A program made the position numbers and the translations under genes. DNA of 64,000 bases from Schmidtea nova (Eukaryota), in the NCBI GenBank assembly GCA_044892505.1, contig CM097882.1, positions 161,696,001-161,760,000 on the forward strand, written 5' to 3'. Positions within the stretch are counted from its first letter, which is position 1. Each line of letters opens with the position of its first letter. Of the stretch, positions 62,107 through 64,000 are shown piece by piece. Below the pieces are notes generated by a model that saw only the letters and a program-made list of their open reading frames with translations, was not told the DNA's origin and ran no database searches.

Positions 62107-62490
62107 TTATACTTTTAACATAGAATTAAGCCATGCAAGGCAATATTGTCCACATGTAATTGTTAATGGATGCTGATACCGAATTTTATTATATACAATC
62201 GGTTTACCCAATGTTTGCAGTTTACTAACTAATAAACCGGGATAATAACATCCGAAGGGATCGAATGCATATACATTGCTTGGTTTCACATATACAGCAA
62301 TCCAATGTTCTCCGCCTAGAGTAGATGATTGAGTATTGACGACTATGGCTTGGTTGACATCTAAATAAGGGATTTTATCTAATGGATAGACTCCAATAAA
62401 TTGATTTCCTAACAACTGTTTTCCAATTCGATTAACCTGAATAGAACTATATAAATAAATATATTTGATAAATAATAAAACTTACTCCAT
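62107..62490 (-). CDS. Adenain-like (C5) cysteine protease, 2 exons (62490-62486, 62446-62107), 114 aa
   Basis: GGEHW (His), FDPFG (Asp), YQ (oxyanion Gln), TCGQYC (Cys). Splicing out 62485-62447 gives MDSIQVNRIGKQLLGNQFIGVYP. Confidence 0.88.
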
Positions 62491-62557
62491 GACAAATTGT
62501 TAATTTTAACTTGTACATTTATAATGATAGTTTGAACCAGTAATGTCTGAGCTCTGC

Positions 62558-63778
62558 TCAAACTAATACTGTTCGATTAGCAGTAATTTGAATTTCATTT
62601 TCAAAAACTCCATATATTATTACATGTACTGGTTCTTCAATGGCTTTAGCAAACTTGATATCCAATCTCAAATTTCCATTTTGAGGTAATTGACTTTGAT
62701 TTAAATCGAAATCCGGAGCCAAAACAAATGTAAAGAATGGATATTTGTTTTTAAAATCAGCAAGATTTATACCACAATTTAAGTTCTTATCTAAATATCC
62801 CATATTTCTGACCATCGATTGCATATATGTAGTACAATAATTATCATTTTCGAAATCTTGAGTATATGTTTCTCGATAATCAGTGTTTTTCGATAAAGAT
62901 AGAGAAGTTACATTGAAATGTTTGAATTTCGAACTTGATGCAGTATATGATCCATTGTATTGAGTTTCACTTTGAAATGCGACCAGAATAAAATTTGGCA
63001 TTCTTCGATCTCCAAATATTTGTTCCTTGTAGAAAGATGATGCACCTTTACCAATAGCAAATTGTACTATTTCTTTGGTTTTCATTGGATAAATAGCGTG
63101 TTTTGAGTTAAGTCCAACTTGATGTCCAGCTAATACAGAGGGTTCAACGCGAACGCGACGAATCATTAACTTTGCATCAACTAATTGACATTTTGGTGCA
63201 CCGTTTTTTGAATAAAGTGATAGTGAAGAATCAGATCGCTTCAGTCTGATGTGAACATTGACACCTGGTAATAAATATTTCGGTTGATCCATGAAATCCA
63301 GTTGTAGAGATGAACACATTGTAAATAGCTTTGAGCCTTTGATCCACGCTTTTCTCTCGTCAGAATCTCCATATCCCATTGGAGTAAGACAAATTTCTTT
63401 AGTATCACCATTATAATTTAAAATAGTTTCGATTATTGCTTTGTGTGCATATGTATTGTTTCCACCTTCAATTTTGATATTATTAAAACCAAGAATCGCG
63501 TCCTTGAATAGAGTATGAAACATAAAATTGTTTGGTATAACATCATCAGTTGCAGACAAATCTTTTTTATCGGCATTTACAACTTTTATTTGAACTGTTA
63601 GTAAAGTATCATTCAAATCCAAATATTCAGATTGAGATCCGTTAATGTAAAATTCCACATCATTTCTACCGTCTGTAATAGAATTCATGGGAAATACTTC
63701 TTCAAATGCACCATATTCAATGACTGCTTGAGGAGATGGTCGGTCGAAAAGACATAATTCAGATTTACCACAAATCAT
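62558..63778 (-). CDS. Double jelly-roll major capsid protein (Polinton/adintovirus hexon), 406 aa, intact
   Basis: KSELCLFDRPSPQ...EF.ING...YLDLNDT.L...QPKYLLPGV...GNLRLDIKF pattern of Polinton MCPs; lies adjacent to the protease gene. Confidence 0.9.
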   Translation of the reverse strand: MICGKSELCLFDRPSPQAVIEYGAFEEVFPMNSITDGRNDVEFYINGSQSEYLDLNDTLLTVQIKVVNADKKDLSATDDVIPNNFMFHTLFKDAILGFNNIKIEGGNNTYAHKAIIETILNYNGDTKEICLTPMGYGDSDERKAWIKGSKLFTMCSSLQLDFMDQPKYLLPGVNVHIRLKRSDSSLSLYSKNGAPKCQLVDAKLMIRRVRVEPSVLAGHQVGLNSKHAIYPMKTKEIVQFAIGKGASSFYKEQIFGDRRMPNFILVAFQSETQYNGSYTASSSKFKHFNVTSLSLSKNTDYRETYTQDFENDNYCTTYMQSMVRNMGYLDKNLNCGINLADFKNKYPFFTFVLAPDFDLNQSQLPQNGNLRLDIKFAKAIEEPVHVIIYGVFENEIQITANRTVLV

Positions 63779-63999
63779 TTTGCAAATATAATTCCATGTC
63801 CTTTCATTCGATTGTTTATATACCTTCGATGCTTTATACGTCTAGGCCCCACTTGTTCCGGTTCAGGTTCAGGCTCATCTTTATTAATCATACTTGCAAC
63901 ATTAGGAATCATACTAGTCACAGTAGGCAGTACTTTGCCAATAGCAGACAAGGCATTTGTTTTCAATGATCGTAGTATTTTCTGATCATTCATGATCAC
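63775..63999 (-). CDS. Small virion-protein candidate upstream of MCP (may start beyond the window)
   Basis: Amphipathic helix ALSAIGKVLPTVTSMIPNVASMI, basic patch, MKGH/G motif; the stop overlaps the MCP start (ATGA). Confidence 0.6.
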   Translation of the reverse strand: MIMNDQKILRSLKTNALSAIGKVLPTVTSMIPNVASMINKDEPEPEPEQVGPRRIKHRRYINNRMKGHGIIFAK

Positions 64000-64000
64000 A

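Larger units (their letters stand above)
54119..64000 (-). mobile_element. Polinton/Maverick (adintovirus-like) endogenous dsDNA virus, continuing beyond the window
   Basis: AGTAGG terminus; co-oriented pPolB, adenain-type protease, DJR major capsid protein and small ORFs. Integrase, ATPase and penton are not in the window. Confidence 0.95.

Overview
AT-rich eukaryotic (animal) genomic DNA with 7 N-gaps. The very short introns and AT content suggest a planarian flatworm, but the host is an inference. Two host genes are present: a 9-exon SLC25A46 (7262-20358, minus, 384 aa, reconstructed by hand) and a DDX6/Me31B helicase with an intronless CDS (30848-32377, minus). Most of the rest is nested mobile DNA: mariner/Tc1, hAT MITEs, Gypsy and Helitron relics. 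Three systems stand out. (1) A Polinton/adintovirus-like endogenous virus runs from 54119 past the window end, with protein-primed PolB, adenain protease and double-jelly-roll major capsid protein. Its polymerase and protease genes appear to need spliceosomal splicing: four phase-1 mini-exons lead into a ~1,325-codon PolB frame, and a 39-nt intron follows the protease ATG. (2) Three Polinton-type termini (AGTAGG) at 2747, 36595 and 54119 have subterminal DNA built from tandem arrays of E2F, AP-1, SOX/TCF, E-box, bZIP and nuclear-receptor motifs. (3) A five-copy family of TG...CA-bounded units (complete copies 2.6-3.0 kb, one with a 4-bp TSD) encodes up to two conserved orphan proteins, has no recognisable transposase or RT, and carries a central promoter with splice signals on both strands. 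These are candidate giant protein-coding solo LTRs.
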